From an uncultured Gammaproteobacteria bacterium (GTDB lineage: Bacteria > Patescibacteriota > Microgenomatia > UBA10105 > UBA927): a stretch of DNA of 64,000 nt. The position numbers and the translations under genes were made by a program. Each line of letters starts with the position of its first letter. Positions within the stretch are counted from its first letter, which is position 1. Under the pieces are notes generated by a model. That model was not told the origin of the DNA. It searched no databases and was given only the letters and a program-made list of their open reading frames with translations. Positions 20,993-30,525 of the stretch are shown here, piece by piece. The stretch spans positions 385,319-449,318 of the forward strand of contig CAZVTT010000001.1 of NCBI GenBank assembly GCA_964629685.1. The letters are read 5' to 3'.

Positions 20993-21033
20993 ATTAAGGA
21001 GAATGCTACGACTGTTGCAGTAGCAAAATAATA

Positions 21034-21471
21034 ATGCCAACGATAAATCAATTAGTCCGACGAGGTCGGGTAACAAAAAAGAAAAAGATTAAAGCAACCG
21101 CTTTGCGGAAGTTCTTTAATGCTAAAGATCGCATTACCTCTCAACTTAACGCACCATTTAAGCGGGGTGTTGTGACGCTGGTAAAAACCATGACCCCGAA
21201 AAAGCCAAATTCCGCATTGCGGAAAGTGGCTAGGGTTCGGTTATCCAATAAGCAGGAAGTGACTGCCTATATACCGGGAATTGGTCATGAACTGACTGAA
21301 CACGCAATTGTGCTTGTCCGGGGCGGTCGAGTTCCCGATTTACCAGGTGTGAAGTATCACATTGTCAGAGGTAAATACGATATGACAGGTGTAACGAATA
21401 GAAAACAAGGTAGAAGCCGATATGGTGCCAAAGCAGGTGCCACTGGTCCAAAAACAGCAGCTGCCAACTAA
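21034..21471 (+). CDS. rpsL: 30S ribosomal protein S12
   Basis: [13 protein letters not shown]-terminus and [11 protein letters not shown]. Confidence 0.95.
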   Translation: MPTINQLVRRGRVTKKKKIKATALRKFFNAKDRITSQLNAPFKRGVVTLVKTMTPKKPNSALRKVARVRLSNKQEVTAYIPGIGHELTEHAIVLVRGGRVPDLPGVKYHIVRGKYDMTGVTNRKQGRSRYGAKAGATGPKTAAAN

Positions 21472-21487
21472 TTAGAAGAGGAGAGAT

Positions 21488-21964
21488 ATGCCAAGAGCAG
21501 GAAGAATTTCAAAAAAATTACTTATTCCGGATCCCATTTACGGGAATCGTTTGTTGGCCCGGTTAATTAACCGTGTTATGCGTGATGGGAAAAAAACAGT
21601 AGCTCAGGGACAAGTATACAAAGCTCTGGATTTAATTAAGGAAAAGAACGAGGATCCAATTAAAATTTTTGAGACCGCAATTGCTACTGTAGGACCAAAA
21701 GTGGAAGTTAAAGCCCGTCGGGTGGGGGGAGCCTCATATCAAGTTCCCATGGAAGTCCGTGGTGATCGGCGTGTGGCATTGGCAATCCGCTGGATTGTGG
21801 GATTTTCTCAGAAAAAACCAAACAAAGAATTTCATACGTATGCGGAAAAATTAGCAGCTGAGCTGCTTGATGCTGCCAAGGGACAAGGCGAGGCAGTTAA
21901 AAAACGTGATACGGTCCACCGTATGGCTGAAGCCAATCGTGCCTTCGCCCACTTTAAGTGGTAA
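21488..21964 (+). CDS. rpsG: 30S ribosomal protein S7
   Basis: MPRAGRISKK...DPIYGN N-terminus, directly after rpsL. Confidence 0.95.
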   Translation: MPRAGRISKKLLIPDPIYGNRLLARLINRVMRDGKKTVAQGQVYKALDLIKEKNEDPIKIFETAIATVGPKVEVKARRVGGASYQVPMEVRGDRRVALAIRWIVGFSQKKPNKEFHTYAEKLAAELLDAAKGQGEAVKKRDTVHRMAEANRAFAHFKW

Positions 21965-22009
21965 TCGGTGTATTTGAGTCTATCTTCATTCTGATTATAC
22001 GCAGGTGAT

Positions 22010-22609
22010 ATGAATAACGCGATTCTGCAGCACTTCAAAACCGCAGATCCTATTCTCTACGCTGCAATAGTAAATCCTGAACATATTACTGTGACTGCTT
22101 CCGAAACGTTATTTTCTGATTTGTGTGAAAGTATTGTCCGTCAACAATTGTCAGATAAGGCAGCAACCACTATTTGGAACAGATTTATCTCTTTGTTTCC
22201 ATACCAACAGGTTACACCGGAAATATTGGACACATTTACCGCTGATTCGCTTCGTGCCATTGGGACATCTTGGTCGAAAGCAGCGTATGTAAAGAATATT
22301 GCTGCAGCGGTCCTTCGTCAGGGACTTGATTTGGAACAATTACGTGTAAAACCGGATCAAGACGTAATTGCTGCTCTTACGGCTATTAAAGGTATAGGGA
22401 AATGGACGAGCGAAATGTTTTTAATGTTTTCATTAGGCAGGGAGGATATTTTTTCATTTGGTGATGTTGGTTTACAGCGGGCAATACAGCGTATGTACAA
22501 GCTAAAAACTACTCCCACATCTCGTCAAATGCTGCACTTAAGCAGTAGATGGCAACCATATCGGACATATGCCTGTCGGGTTTTGTGGCGAAGCTTAGAC
22601 GGGGAGTAG
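22010..22609 (+). CDS. HhH-GPD DNA glycosylase (AlkA/3-methyladenine glycosylase II-like)
   Basis: Helix-hairpin-helix plus Gly/Asp loop: LTAIKGIGKWTSEMFLMFSLGREDIFSFGDVGLQRAI. Confidence 0.7.
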   Translation: MNNAILQHFKTADPILYAAIVNPEHITVTASETLFSDLCESIVRQQLSDKAATTIWNRFISLFPYQQVTPEILDTFTADSLRAIGTSWSKAAYVKNIAAAVLRQGLDLEQLRVKPDQDVIAALTAIKGIGKWTSEMFLMFSLGREDIFSFGDVGLQRAIQRMYKLKTTPTSRQMLHLSSRWQPYRTYACRVLWRSLDGE

Positions 22610-22655
22610 TCCGGTTGTTCTGCTAAGTTCCCTGTGGCATACTAGCTAGAGACGT

Positions 22656-23174
22656 ATGAAAATAATAGCTGCTGCTTTAGGCATTATTGTCTTTAGTATA
22701 GGTATCCTTATCGGTGTGTACGGTTTTAGAACGGGTAGGTTTACAGTCGTTAACCCTCCAACGAGCACCGGCACACCTACACCATCGCCATTCGCGCAAC
22801 TTACCGGTACACCCGGAAAAGCGCCAACTGCTTGTTCTGCATTCGCCGACGGAGAGTTCGCGAGCGAATTTAAATTAAACGAAGCGGGTAAACTTCCCGA
22901 ATTGTTTCCTACACCACCCGGTGAATCATGGCTCTGCGGATATGTTCCTTCGCGACAATCGGTATATTATATATCGAGCTTAGAAGACAAGATTTTACTG
23001 GATTATTACCGTACAAAACTGGAACAAAAAAAATGCAGTTCAACAGGAGTGCAGCCAGCTCCACCCGACAGATCCTATGCATATGCACTTCCGTTTACCT
23101 GTGAACAGGGCTCCGGTGTGATTGCGACTTTGGCTACAATGTCGGCATACATCGTAAATTACTACGATCGTTAA
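22656..23174 (+). CDS. small secreted/membrane-anchored hypothetical protein
   Basis: N-terminal signal/TM (IIAAALGIIVFSIGILIGV), a Pro/Thr-rich linker and four Cys in the C-terminal half. Confidence 0.4.
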   Translation: MKIIAAALGIIVFSIGILIGVYGFRTGRFTVVNPPTSTGTPTPSPFAQLTGTPGKAPTACSAFADGEFASEFKLNEAGKLPELFPTPPGESWLCGYVPSRQSVYYISSLEDKILLDYYRTKLEQKKCSSTGVQPAPPDRSYAYALPFTCEQGSGVIATLATMSAYIVNYYDR

Positions 23175-24112
23175 CGTATAAATGTAACCTGTATGCGGAT
23201 CACAGGGGAATCTTTAGCTCCTAATTCGTATTTGTACCGTTCCTTACCCTGCAGGAAATTGTAAGTAGTACAGGATGTCTCTATAGCGTGCTTTACGCTT
23301 AATGCCTTTATATAAAATCCAGCTCCTGAATAGACGGTTTCATTAAACCCTGAGTTGTAAAGGAAAAGTGTTTTATTTTCCAAAAAATACAATACCGCGG
23401 CAACTATATCCGTTCCGGATGACAGGCAGAGAATTCTAGTAGAATTTTTCATATACTGCGGAATTCTCCGAAAAAAACGCTCCATGTTATCGGTAAGAAA
23501 GTGTTGTTTACCCGGGTCGTTTTTCATGAGCGATAAAAGTAGAGTAATATCGCGGTTCGGATTTTCGCTTAGTGAAAAATTAACTTCGGGATGTTCGCGC
23601 TCAAATTTTCTTAATTTTCTGCGCAGTTCGTGACGATCTTTGCGTTCGAGACTGTTTACATATGACTCCCAATCTGTAGGTAGCTGCATCCACGGGGTGG
23701 AATCTTCTTCAACAATATGTACCGTTAGTCCTTTACCTGCAGGTAATTGCCGGAAGAATGAGGTCGTTGCTGATGTTGCAGGGACATTATTTAATACCAG
23801 AGATTGTATATGCTTATTCTGAGCGTACTCTATTATGGCCTGCCATCCTTCGATTTTATGTTCAGTTGAACCAATTGCATCCATATAGTCGGTTACGTTT
23901 TCATCACCTCCGAAGGTTAGATACGAACCTTTTTGCATGAGCGGGAAGAGTGCATCTTTATATCGCAAAGGAGTAAACGTGAAGTCTTGAGCAAGACAGG
24001 TAGACCAGGTGGTATACCAGTCATAGCTTGAAAATGGAGTTACGAATGGTTCATGTCGGATAGCAATAGCCCATACGTGCTCCAGTTCAGTCGGTGCTAC
24101 GTGAGTCAGCAT
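23171..24112 (-). CDS. GNAT-fold acyltransferase-like protein (FemAB/BioF2-like family)
   Basis: C-terminal region RILCLSSGTDIVAAVLYFLENKTLFLYNSGFNE...AGFYIKALSVKHAIETSCTTYNFLQG resembles Acetyltransf_6/FemAB-type GNAT domains. Confidence 0.5.
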   Translation of the reverse strand: MLTHVAPTELEHVWAIAIRHEPFVTPFSSYDWYTTWSTCLAQDFTFTPLRYKDALFPLMQKGSYLTFGGDENVTDYMDAIGSTEHKIEGWQAIIEYAQNKHIQSLVLNNVPATSATTSFFRQLPAGKGLTVHIVEEDSTPWMQLPTDWESYVNSLERKDRHELRRKLRKFEREHPEVNFSLSENPNRDITLLLSLMKNDPGKQHFLTDNMERFFRRIPQYMKNSTRILCLSSGTDIVAAVLYFLENKTLFLYNSGFNETVYSGAGFYIKALSVKHAIETSCTTYNFLQGKERYKYELGAKDSPVIRIQVTFIR

Positions 24113-24129
24113 GTGTAATGGAATTGGAT

Positions 24130-24591
24130 TTAACCCGTTAAAGCTTTCGCCAGGTTTTCAGCCCAGGTCTTGGTTGATTGGGTGTGTATATCCTGTTTGT
24201 AATAAAATCCGTCAATTTTTAATGAGTCAATGATTTTTTTGCCTTTGAGTTTTGCTACTAAAGCTTCAAGATGTTCTACAGCCCCACAAAAATGTGTGTA
24301 TGAGGAATCACCGAGTCCAAATACGGCAAAGGGTTTGTTCTCGAATGTTTTATCCGCTAGTTTTTCCATAAATGGAAAATAGTCTTCGTGAGGTTGTCCC
24401 TCTTTTCCATCAAAATCCCAACTTGGTGAACCAAGCACAATTGCATCGAAGTTCCCCAGATCATCAGGAGAAGTTTCGTGCACCATCTTTCTGGTAACGG
24501 TTTGTCCGTTCTGAGTGAGCGTATCTGCTATTAATTGGCTAACGATATCCGTTGCCCCTGAGTTGGTGGCGAACAAAATTAGTGTATTCAT
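24130..24591 (-). CDS. short-chain flavodoxin
   Basis: Start at MNTLILFATNSGAT (FMN phosphate loop T/SxTGxT-like), with VFGLGDSSY and HFCGA motifs. About 153 aa. The upstream part of the long ORF-track call lacks homology. Confidence 0.75.
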   Translation of the reverse strand: MNTLILFATNSGATDIVSQLIADTLTQNGQTVTRKMVHETSPDDLGNFDAIVLGSPSWDFDGKEGQPHEDYFPFMEKLADKTFENKPFAVFGLGDSSYTHFCGAVEHLEALVAKLKGKKIIDSLKIDGFYYKQDIHTQSTKTWAENLAKALTG

Positions 24592-24712
24592 AGTATGGCT
24601 ATTATAGCGCATGAAGAAACCAGCATACCAGTCTTTACAGACTGCGTGTATAGAGTTATCTGATGATTTGATATACTGGATTATAGTCGACGTATTGATA
24701 AAGGAGGAAATT

Positions 24713-24973
24713 ATGAAAAAGAAACCTGCCCGGTCATTACAAGGAGCAAAAACTTCCAAGTCTTTGCTGGGGGTTAACCGTGATGAACTTAATTCGTTTA
24801 TTGTTCACGGTATCCTATATATTTTAATAAACGTTTCGCTATTCATCTATTTTTATAGTAACAGTCAGGATTTGAGTTTATTATTCTGGATAATTATTGG
24901 TTGGGGTGTCGGTTTGGTCGCACACGCGCTTGCCGTATTTGGAGTGATGAAATTCCTAAATAAGGAATGGTAA
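24713..24973 (+). CDS. small two-TM membrane protein
   Basis: ATG at 24713 preceded by AAGGAGG RBS. Two hydrophobic helices (FIVHGILYILINVSLFIYF and LLFWIIIGWGVGLVAHALAVFGV). Confidence 0.4.
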   Translation: MKKKPARSLQGAKTSKSLLGVNRDELNSFIVHGILYILINVSLFIYFYSNSQDLSLLFWIIIGWGVGLVAHALAVFGVMKFLNKEW

Positions 24974-25103
24974 AGTTAGTATTCATCACAACATAAAATA
25001 GTATCTCCGTGAGTTGCCGTAACCTATTGGTTTCGGAACCAGTGCTGTACCCGTACGTTTCTACTTCATTCGCTATTTGGAGAACATGATAGAATAATCC
25101 GGT

Positions 25104-26264
25104 ATGTCTAACACAATTCATTGTCCAAAATGCGGTGAAATTATCGAAGTAACCCAAGCACTGGCCTCTCAGGTTGAAAAAACTGTGCTAGAGCAACATC
25201 AACATGAACTTGAGCAGGTACGAAAAGAGACTATTCTAACGACGAAAAAAGATATTGAAGAAAAGAATAAATTGGAGTTTGCTGATCTTCAGAAGCAATT
25301 GGCCGAAAGGCAAAAAAAAGTAGATGAACTCCGTGAACAGGAATTACAGATGCGGGAAGAAAAACGTAAGCTGGAAGATGCCAAAAAAGAGTTAGAAATA
25401 TCCGTCGCGCGTCGATTGGATGAAGAAAAAAAAAGAATTGAAGATGAAACCTCCCGCCGAATGGCGGAGGAACATCGACTTAAAGATCTGGATAAAGATA
25501 GAATTATTCAAAATTTGAAACAGTCAGTAGAAGAAGCAAATCGGAAAGCTCAGCTCGGGTCTCAGCAATCTCAAGGAGAAGTGATGGAGCTGGATTTGGA
25601 AAAACAACTCAGAGAGTCGTTCTCTCAAGATAGCATTGAGCCTGTAGGTAAAGGAGTTAAGGGTGCGGATATTCAGCAAGTTGTCCGTAGTCCCCGGGGC
25701 GTTGTTTGTGGCGTAATTCTATGGGAGTCAAAACGAACAAAGGCATGGACGGACGAATGGCTTATTAAATTGAAAGATGACTTACGTGCGACAAAGGCAC
25801 ATATTCCCGTCATAGTTACATCAGTGTTACCGAAGGAGTTTACCAGTGACATAGGATTAAAAGACGGAGTTTGGATTACTACTTTTCCTTTGGCTTTGTC
25901 ACTGGGAATGTTGTTACGGAAAAATTTACTTGATGTAGCATATCAGAAAGCGGTGCTTGCTCATCAAGGAGAGAAAGCGGATATCCTCTATGGTTATGTC
26001 ACGGGTCATGAATTTAGACAGCAAGTAGAGGCTTTAGTAGAGGTATATAAGGATATGCATGAACAAATCGCCAGGGAACGGGTAGCATTTGAGAAAAGCT
26101 GGAAAGTCCGCGAGGCTCAAATACAAAGATTGTTCTCCAGTACAGCCAGGATATACGGCAGTATGCAGGGTGTTATTGGTTCATCATTGCCTCAAGTGCG
26201 GGGGTTAGAATTAGAGGCAGAAGATGCAGAACCGGATCAACCCACCTTACGGTTGACAGAGTAA
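25104..26264 (+). CDS. DUF2130-like protein: N-terminal Cys motif, long coiled coil, C-terminal PD-(D/E)xK-like nuclease domain
   Basis: HCPKCGE at the N-terminus, about 170 aa of E/K/R-rich coiled coil, then ELDLE...GADIQQVV...GVILWESKRTK matching the E / D / ExK nuclease triad. Confidence 0.5.
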   Translation: MSNTIHCPKCGEIIEVTQALASQVEKTVLEQHQHELEQVRKETILTTKKDIEEKNKLEFADLQKQLAERQKKVDELREQELQMREEKRKLEDAKKELEISVARRLDEEKKRIEDETSRRMAEEHRLKDLDKDRIIQNLKQSVEEANRKAQLGSQQSQGEVMELDLEKQLRESFSQDSIEPVGKGVKGADIQQVVRSPRGVVCGVILWESKRTKAWTDEWLIKLKDDLRATKAHIPVIVTSVLPKEFTSDIGLKDGVWITTFPLALSLGMLLRKNLLDVAYQKAVLAHQGEKADILYGYVTGHEFRQQVEALVEVYKDMHEQIARERVAFEKSWKVREAQIQRLFSSTARIYGSMQGVIGSSLPQVRGLELEAEDAEPDQPTLRLTE

Positions 26265-26268
26265 CATT

Positions 26269-27114
26269 ATGCGTAGAGTTGGTGCTCATGTTTCCACTGC
26301 AGGAGGATTGGATGTTGCACTGATTCGTGCTCAGGAAATAGGCGCCAACTGTTTACAGATTTTTTCCAGTCCACCCCAGCAATGGCAAATGTCAAAACAT
26401 ACTCCGGACATGTTATACCAATTTGGTGAAAAATCCCGAATCAATAACCTATTGCCGGTATTTATTCACGGAACTTATCTCATTAATTTAGCCTCAGATA
26501 ACACTGATTTGGTGGAAAAATCGGTACAATCACTCATAGCCGATCTTCATTTCTGTAGGGATATTGGCGGCGGGGGAGTTATTTTTCATTTAGGTACTCA
26601 TCCGCTAGGATGGAGCGGAAAGAAACGTGTTGATATAGTGCATGCATTTAAACGCATATTCGCAGCTACTCCTCAGGGTACTATACTTGCAGTAGAAAAC
26701 AGTGCAGGTTCAGGTTCATCAGTGGCAGGAAAGTTAGAAGTGCTTTCCGAGATACAGTCTGATATTGCTGAGTCAAGATTGCGTTTCTGTATAGATACGG
26801 CACATGCGTTTGCATATGGATATGATTTATCTTCAGCAAACGGTAGTGATGCCTTTATTTCACAGGTGGAAGCTACTATTGGTTGGTCTTCGGTTATTGC
26901 AATACATCTGAATGATTCAAAAGTACCGTGCGGAAGCAAAAAGGATCGACATGAAAACATTGGTGAGGGGGCAATTGGGGAAATTGGTTTTACGCATGTA
27001 TTAAACAATCAACTTCTCAGTGAAGTGCCACTTATTTTGGAAACTCCAGGATTTGATAATACTGGACCTGATCGGAAAAACATTGATCGGGTTATGAATT
27101 TAATCAGCCGTTAA
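26269..27114 (+). CDS. nfo: endonuclease IV (AP endonuclease family 2)
   Basis: MRRVGAHVSTAGG N-terminus and TIM-barrel metal ligands (HGTYLINL, HLNDSK, LETPG). Confidence 0.85.
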   Translation: MRRVGAHVSTAGGLDVALIRAQEIGANCLQIFSSPPQQWQMSKHTPDMLYQFGEKSRINNLLPVFIHGTYLINLASDNTDLVEKSVQSLIADLHFCRDIGGGGVIFHLGTHPLGWSGKKRVDIVHAFKRIFAATPQGTILAVENSAGSGSSVAGKLEVLSEIQSDIAESRLRFCIDTAHAFAYGYDLSSANGSDAFISQVEATIGWSSVIAIHLNDSKVPCGSKKDRHENIGEGAIGEIGFTHVLNNQLLSEVPLILETPGFDNTGPDRKNIDRVMNLISR

Positions 27115-27144
27115 TATAGTAAATAGGTTTCCAGAACGGGCAGA

Positions 27145-27846
27145 ATGACATATAATATCCGTATGGAGTTCTCAACCTATACTGGTAAGAGTGTCAGTCT
27201 GCAATTTTTTCCTGAATTTCCTAGAAATCCATCTCTCCTCTTTATTGCAGGTTTTCATGGGGATGAAACTGAGTGTATTTCAGCAATCAGCGACTGTCTG
27301 GAACGCTATTTCACCGTTTTGCCGCCGTTTCTTTATGTTCCGTATGCGTGCCCTTCCGCAGTGCAGCTTAAGCGTCGGGTTAATCAGCACGGACGCGATA
27401 TCAATCGGTCTTATTATCACGAAACTGAGGATGAGGAGGCAAGCGCATTAATGCAGTTTCTGCAACCATATGCGTTTAGAACCGTCTATTCATTTCATGA
27501 AGATCCTGATCAGCAGGCATTTTATCTCTATGATATGGCGATAGAGCCGGAGAGAGAATCGTTTAAATCTTTATTTTCAGCTATAAGAACTGCTGGTACA
27601 CCTATATTTACCGGTATAGACGATCCGGATGATATGTCACTAAATGTACCTATAGAGCATGGCTACATTGGTTTTAAAGAGAATACCGGAATGAAAATTG
27701 AACACGGATTTTTTAATGAATTTACGTTTAATACCGGTAAATCAGAGAGACACATAACTTTTGAAATACCCGGGAATATCAGTCAGGCACAAAAAGAAGT
27801 TATTGTGCAGCAAATCTTTAATTCGTATATACTCCCCAATAAGTAA
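27145..27846 (+). CDS. AstE/AspA-family (M14-like) zinc hydrolase
   Basis: Zinc-ligand pattern GFHGDE ... PYACPSAVQLKRRVNQHGRDINRSY ... SFHED, matching the succinylglutamate desuccinylase/aspartoacylase consensus. Confidence 0.55.
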   Translation: MTYNIRMEFSTYTGKSVSLQFFPEFPRNPSLLFIAGFHGDETECISAISDCLERYFTVLPPFLYVPYACPSAVQLKRRVNQHGRDINRSYYHETEDEEASALMQFLQPYAFRTVYSFHEDPDQQAFYLYDMAIEPERESFKSLFSAIRTAGTPIFTGIDDPDDMSLNVPIEHGYIGFKENTGMKIEHGFFNEFTFNTGKSERHITFEIPGNISQAQKEVIVQQIFNSYILPNK

Positions 27847-27872
27847 GCGTATATATTTTTAGGTATATCGGT

Positions 27873-28406
27873 ATGATACGTTCGTTTTTGGCGATTCCCC
27901 TGCCAGCGGAAAGTCTTTCTCAGGTGATTCTGTTACAACAGATACTGCAGCGGCAGCATGACATGCATGTAAAGCCGGCTGACAATTTGCATTGCACGCT
28001 GGTGTTTTTGGGAGAGATACAGGATCAGTCTGTTGAAGCGGTAAAATTGGCAGCGCTACAGACTATTGTTCATACTAAGCGCTTTACACTTCATTTTAGC
28101 CGATTGGAAGGTAGTAAACACGCAAAAAAAACTGTGATTTGGATTCGTGCAGCCCAGAGTGATTCTTTTGACTCGCTTGTGCAGCAATTAAGGGTGAATA
28201 TCGCTGCTGTTCTGCCGATGAAAGAGTGGGATCATCTTCAGATACCGCATATTACACTTGGGACTATTGCGCATTCAACAGCAATTATTCAAAGAGATGT
28301 TTCATTAATTGACATTCAGGTTGATACGGTTATTTTGTATAAATCCAGGTTATCTCAGCATGGAGCATTGTATTCGTCACTCCAATCGTTTCCATTAGCG
28401 GTATGA
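27873..28406 (+). CDS. 2H phosphoesterase (LigT/ThpR 2'-5' RNA ligase family)
   Basis: Two H-x-T/S-x motifs (LHCTLVFLG and PHITLGT) with the correct spacing. Confidence 0.75.
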   Translation: MIRSFLAIPLPAESLSQVILLQQILQRQHDMHVKPADNLHCTLVFLGEIQDQSVEAVKLAALQTIVHTKRFTLHFSRLEGSKHAKKTVIWIRAAQSDSFDSLVQQLRVNIAAVLPMKEWDHLQIPHITLGTIAHSTAIIQRDVSLIDIQVDTVILYKSRLSQHGALYSSLQSFPLAV

Positions 28407-29497
28407 AAAAACTATTTATTTTAGGAATGATAATATCTGCGGGTATAGTAAGTTTAATTATGGTGTCTCCGGTATCATTTCGTCAGGAAGTTACGGACGC
28501 GGATATACTTATTGAAGCGCCGGAATTAAAAACAACACAGACGGTAAGTAAAAAAGATGTGGTGTCTTTACAACTGTCCGGTATTTTTGACGGTAAAACT
28601 GATGTGATCAATACGGAAGATGTTGTTTATCTGCGGGCTACGGGAGATATAATGCCGGCGCGGTCCGTAAACACTCAGACAAAAAAAAAGGGTGACTATA
28701 CATGGGCATTTCAGCCAACTGCAGAGTATTTAAGATCAGCCGATATAACACTCATTAATTTGGAAACCCCTTTGCTTGAACCTTGTCCGCTAACGGATGA
28801 GGGTATGATATTCTGCGGTGCTCTCCAACATACTGAAGGGTTGAATTTCGCTGGTATAGACGTAGTGAATATTGCGAATAATCATACCGAAAATTTTGGG
28901 TCCGGCGGAGTTGAACAAACAATAACTGCATTACAACAACATAATTTGGGTATATCCGGTATCGGTAAACCATATATTCTCACAGTAAATGGCGTACGGT
29001 TTGGTTTTCTGGGATACAATGATATTGTTACAGGTCAAAATCTGGTATCAGTTTATGATGAAGATCAGGTTCGGCAGGATTTATCTGCTCTTCGTACCCG
29101 TGTAGATGTTATAGTCGTTTCCTACCATTGGGGAGTGGAATATACACATCAACCATCTTCGCGGCAAAGAAAGATCGCGCATAAGACTATTGACGATGGA
29201 GCAGACGTAGTGATCGGGAATCATCCGCATTGGATACAACCGGTGGAAGTGTATAAAAATCGGGTTATTATGTACTCTCACGGGAATTTTATTTTTGATC
29301 AGATGTGGTCTGAAGAAACCCGTATCGGCGTAGTAGGAACGTACGTTTTCTCCGGAAAGGAGTTAGTAGATGTGACATTCGATCCCATAAAAATTTTTGA
29401 ATATGGACAGCCGCGGTTATTGGAGTCTTCTGAAAAAGATAATGTTTTGGAAGCACTACGGATTCAAAGTGAACGTTTTGCCGAATCTACCCTTTAA
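28403..29497 (+). CDS. CapA/PGA_cap family metallophosphatase
   Basis: N-terminal signal/TM, LRATGDIMPAR and GNHPHW metallophosphatase motifs. Overlaps the ligT stop by 4 nt. Confidence 0.75.
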   Translation: MKKLFILGMIISAGIVSLIMVSPVSFRQEVTDADILIEAPELKTTQTVSKKDVVSLQLSGIFDGKTDVINTEDVVYLRATGDIMPARSVNTQTKKKGDYTWAFQPTAEYLRSADITLINLETPLLEPCPLTDEGMIFCGALQHTEGLNFAGIDVVNIANNHTENFGSGGVEQTITALQQHNLGISGIGKPYILTVNGVRFGFLGYNDIVTGQNLVSVYDEDQVRQDLSALRTRVDVIVVSYHWGVEYTHQPSSRQRKIAHKTIDDGADVVIGNHPHWIQPVEVYKNRVIMYSHGNFIFDQMWSEETRIGVVGTYVFSGKELVDVTFDPIKIFEYGQPRLLESSEKDNVLEALRIQSERFAESTL

Positions 29498-29501
29498 GCA
29501 G

Positions 29502-29526
29502 AGCTGAGGGATTTCCTCAGCTATTT
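29502..29526 (+). terminator. hairpin terminator after capA
   Basis: AGCTGAGG-GATTT-CCTCAGCT perfect 8-bp stem followed by ATTTG. The T-tract is weak. Confidence 0.45.
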
Positions 29527-29553
29527 GCCGATCGCATCATCTATAATAGAAAT

Positions 29554-30522
29554 ATGGTAGTAAATTGGTTAGATGCTGTAATTGTAGTAGTAGTAATGTA
29601 TTTTTTGTATGAAGGATGGCGTCAGGGGTTTGTCTACTTAGGTACGAGTTTTTTTTCTTTTCTTTTATCGCTTTGGCTGGCAGTTAGTTTGCACATTCCG
29701 GTTTCAAAGTTTTTGACGGAAAAATTTGGAATTCCTCAAATTTGGACTACTGTGATAGCGTATGTCTGTGTAGCTTTCGTCGCACAGATGGTTTTATCAG
29801 AAGCATTGAGCCTTCTCGCTTCAAGAATATCCAAGAAAATAATAAAGCATCCCATAAATCAATGGCTTGGCGCTTTGGTATCGGTGGTTAATGGGTTAGT
29901 ATTATTGACATTTTTTCTCCTAGTACTTCTTGCCGTTCCTATCCGCGGAACCGTAAAGAACGATATTCAGGGATCAATACTGGCAAAAAATTTGATCCGG
30001 CTTACACAACAGTATGCACCACCGATTAATACTTCAGTTGAGGAAGCGGTAAGTCAGGCAAAAAAATTTTTGACGGTACCTCCGGAATCACGCGAAAACA
30101 TTGCTTTAGATGTGAGTCCCAGTCCTGAAAGTTTACGGGTAGATGAGGAATCAGAAAAAATGATGCGGGATTTAGTAAACCAGGAACGGGCGAAAATAGG
30201 TTTATCTCCGCTTTTTATAGATACAAAAATGGTAAATGTTGCGCGGGATTATAGCCGCGATATGTTTACCAGACGTTTTTTTTCCCATGTTAGTCCCGAC
30301 GGTGAAGACGCGTCGGACCGTTTAGCTCATGGTGGCGTTGTGTTTGTTCATGCCGGTGAAAATCTTGCGTATGCACCAGATGTAACGACTGCTCATGATG
30401 GTCTTATGAAAAGTGACGGGCATCGGGTAAACATACTAGATAGACGATATCGAAGAATCGGTATTGGTGTTATTGATGCAGGTGTATACGGAAAAATGTT
30501 TACTCAGCTTTATGCCGATTAA
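29554..30522 (+). CDS. CvpA-like membrane domain fused to CAP/SCP (YkwD-like) domain
   Basis: N-terminal CvpA-like TM helices (MVVNWLDAVIVVVVMYFLYEGWRQGF...). C-terminal CAP signatures HGGVVFVHAGENLAY and GHRVNILDRRYRRIGIGV. Confidence 0.65.
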   Translation: MVVNWLDAVIVVVVMYFLYEGWRQGFVYLGTSFFSFLLSLWLAVSLHIPVSKFLTEKFGIPQIWTTVIAYVCVAFVAQMVLSEALSLLASRISKKIIKHPINQWLGALVSVVNGLVLLTFFLLVLLAVPIRGTVKNDIQGSILAKNLIRLTQQYAPPINTSVEEAVSQAKKFLTVPPESRENIALDVSPSPESLRVDEESEKMMRDLVNQERAKIGLSPLFIDTKMVNVARDYSRDMFTRRFFSHVSPDGEDASDRLAHGGVVFVHAGENLAYAPDVTTAHDGLMKSDGHRVNILDRRYRRIGIGVIDAGVYGKMFTQLYAD

Positions 30523-30525
30523 ATC

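Noticed and set aside
20590-21051. 153-aa minus-strand ORF spanning the rpoC end and rpsL start
   Set aside because: It overlaps two highly conserved plus-strand genes and the A-rich rpsL RBS region. It is a shadow ORF.
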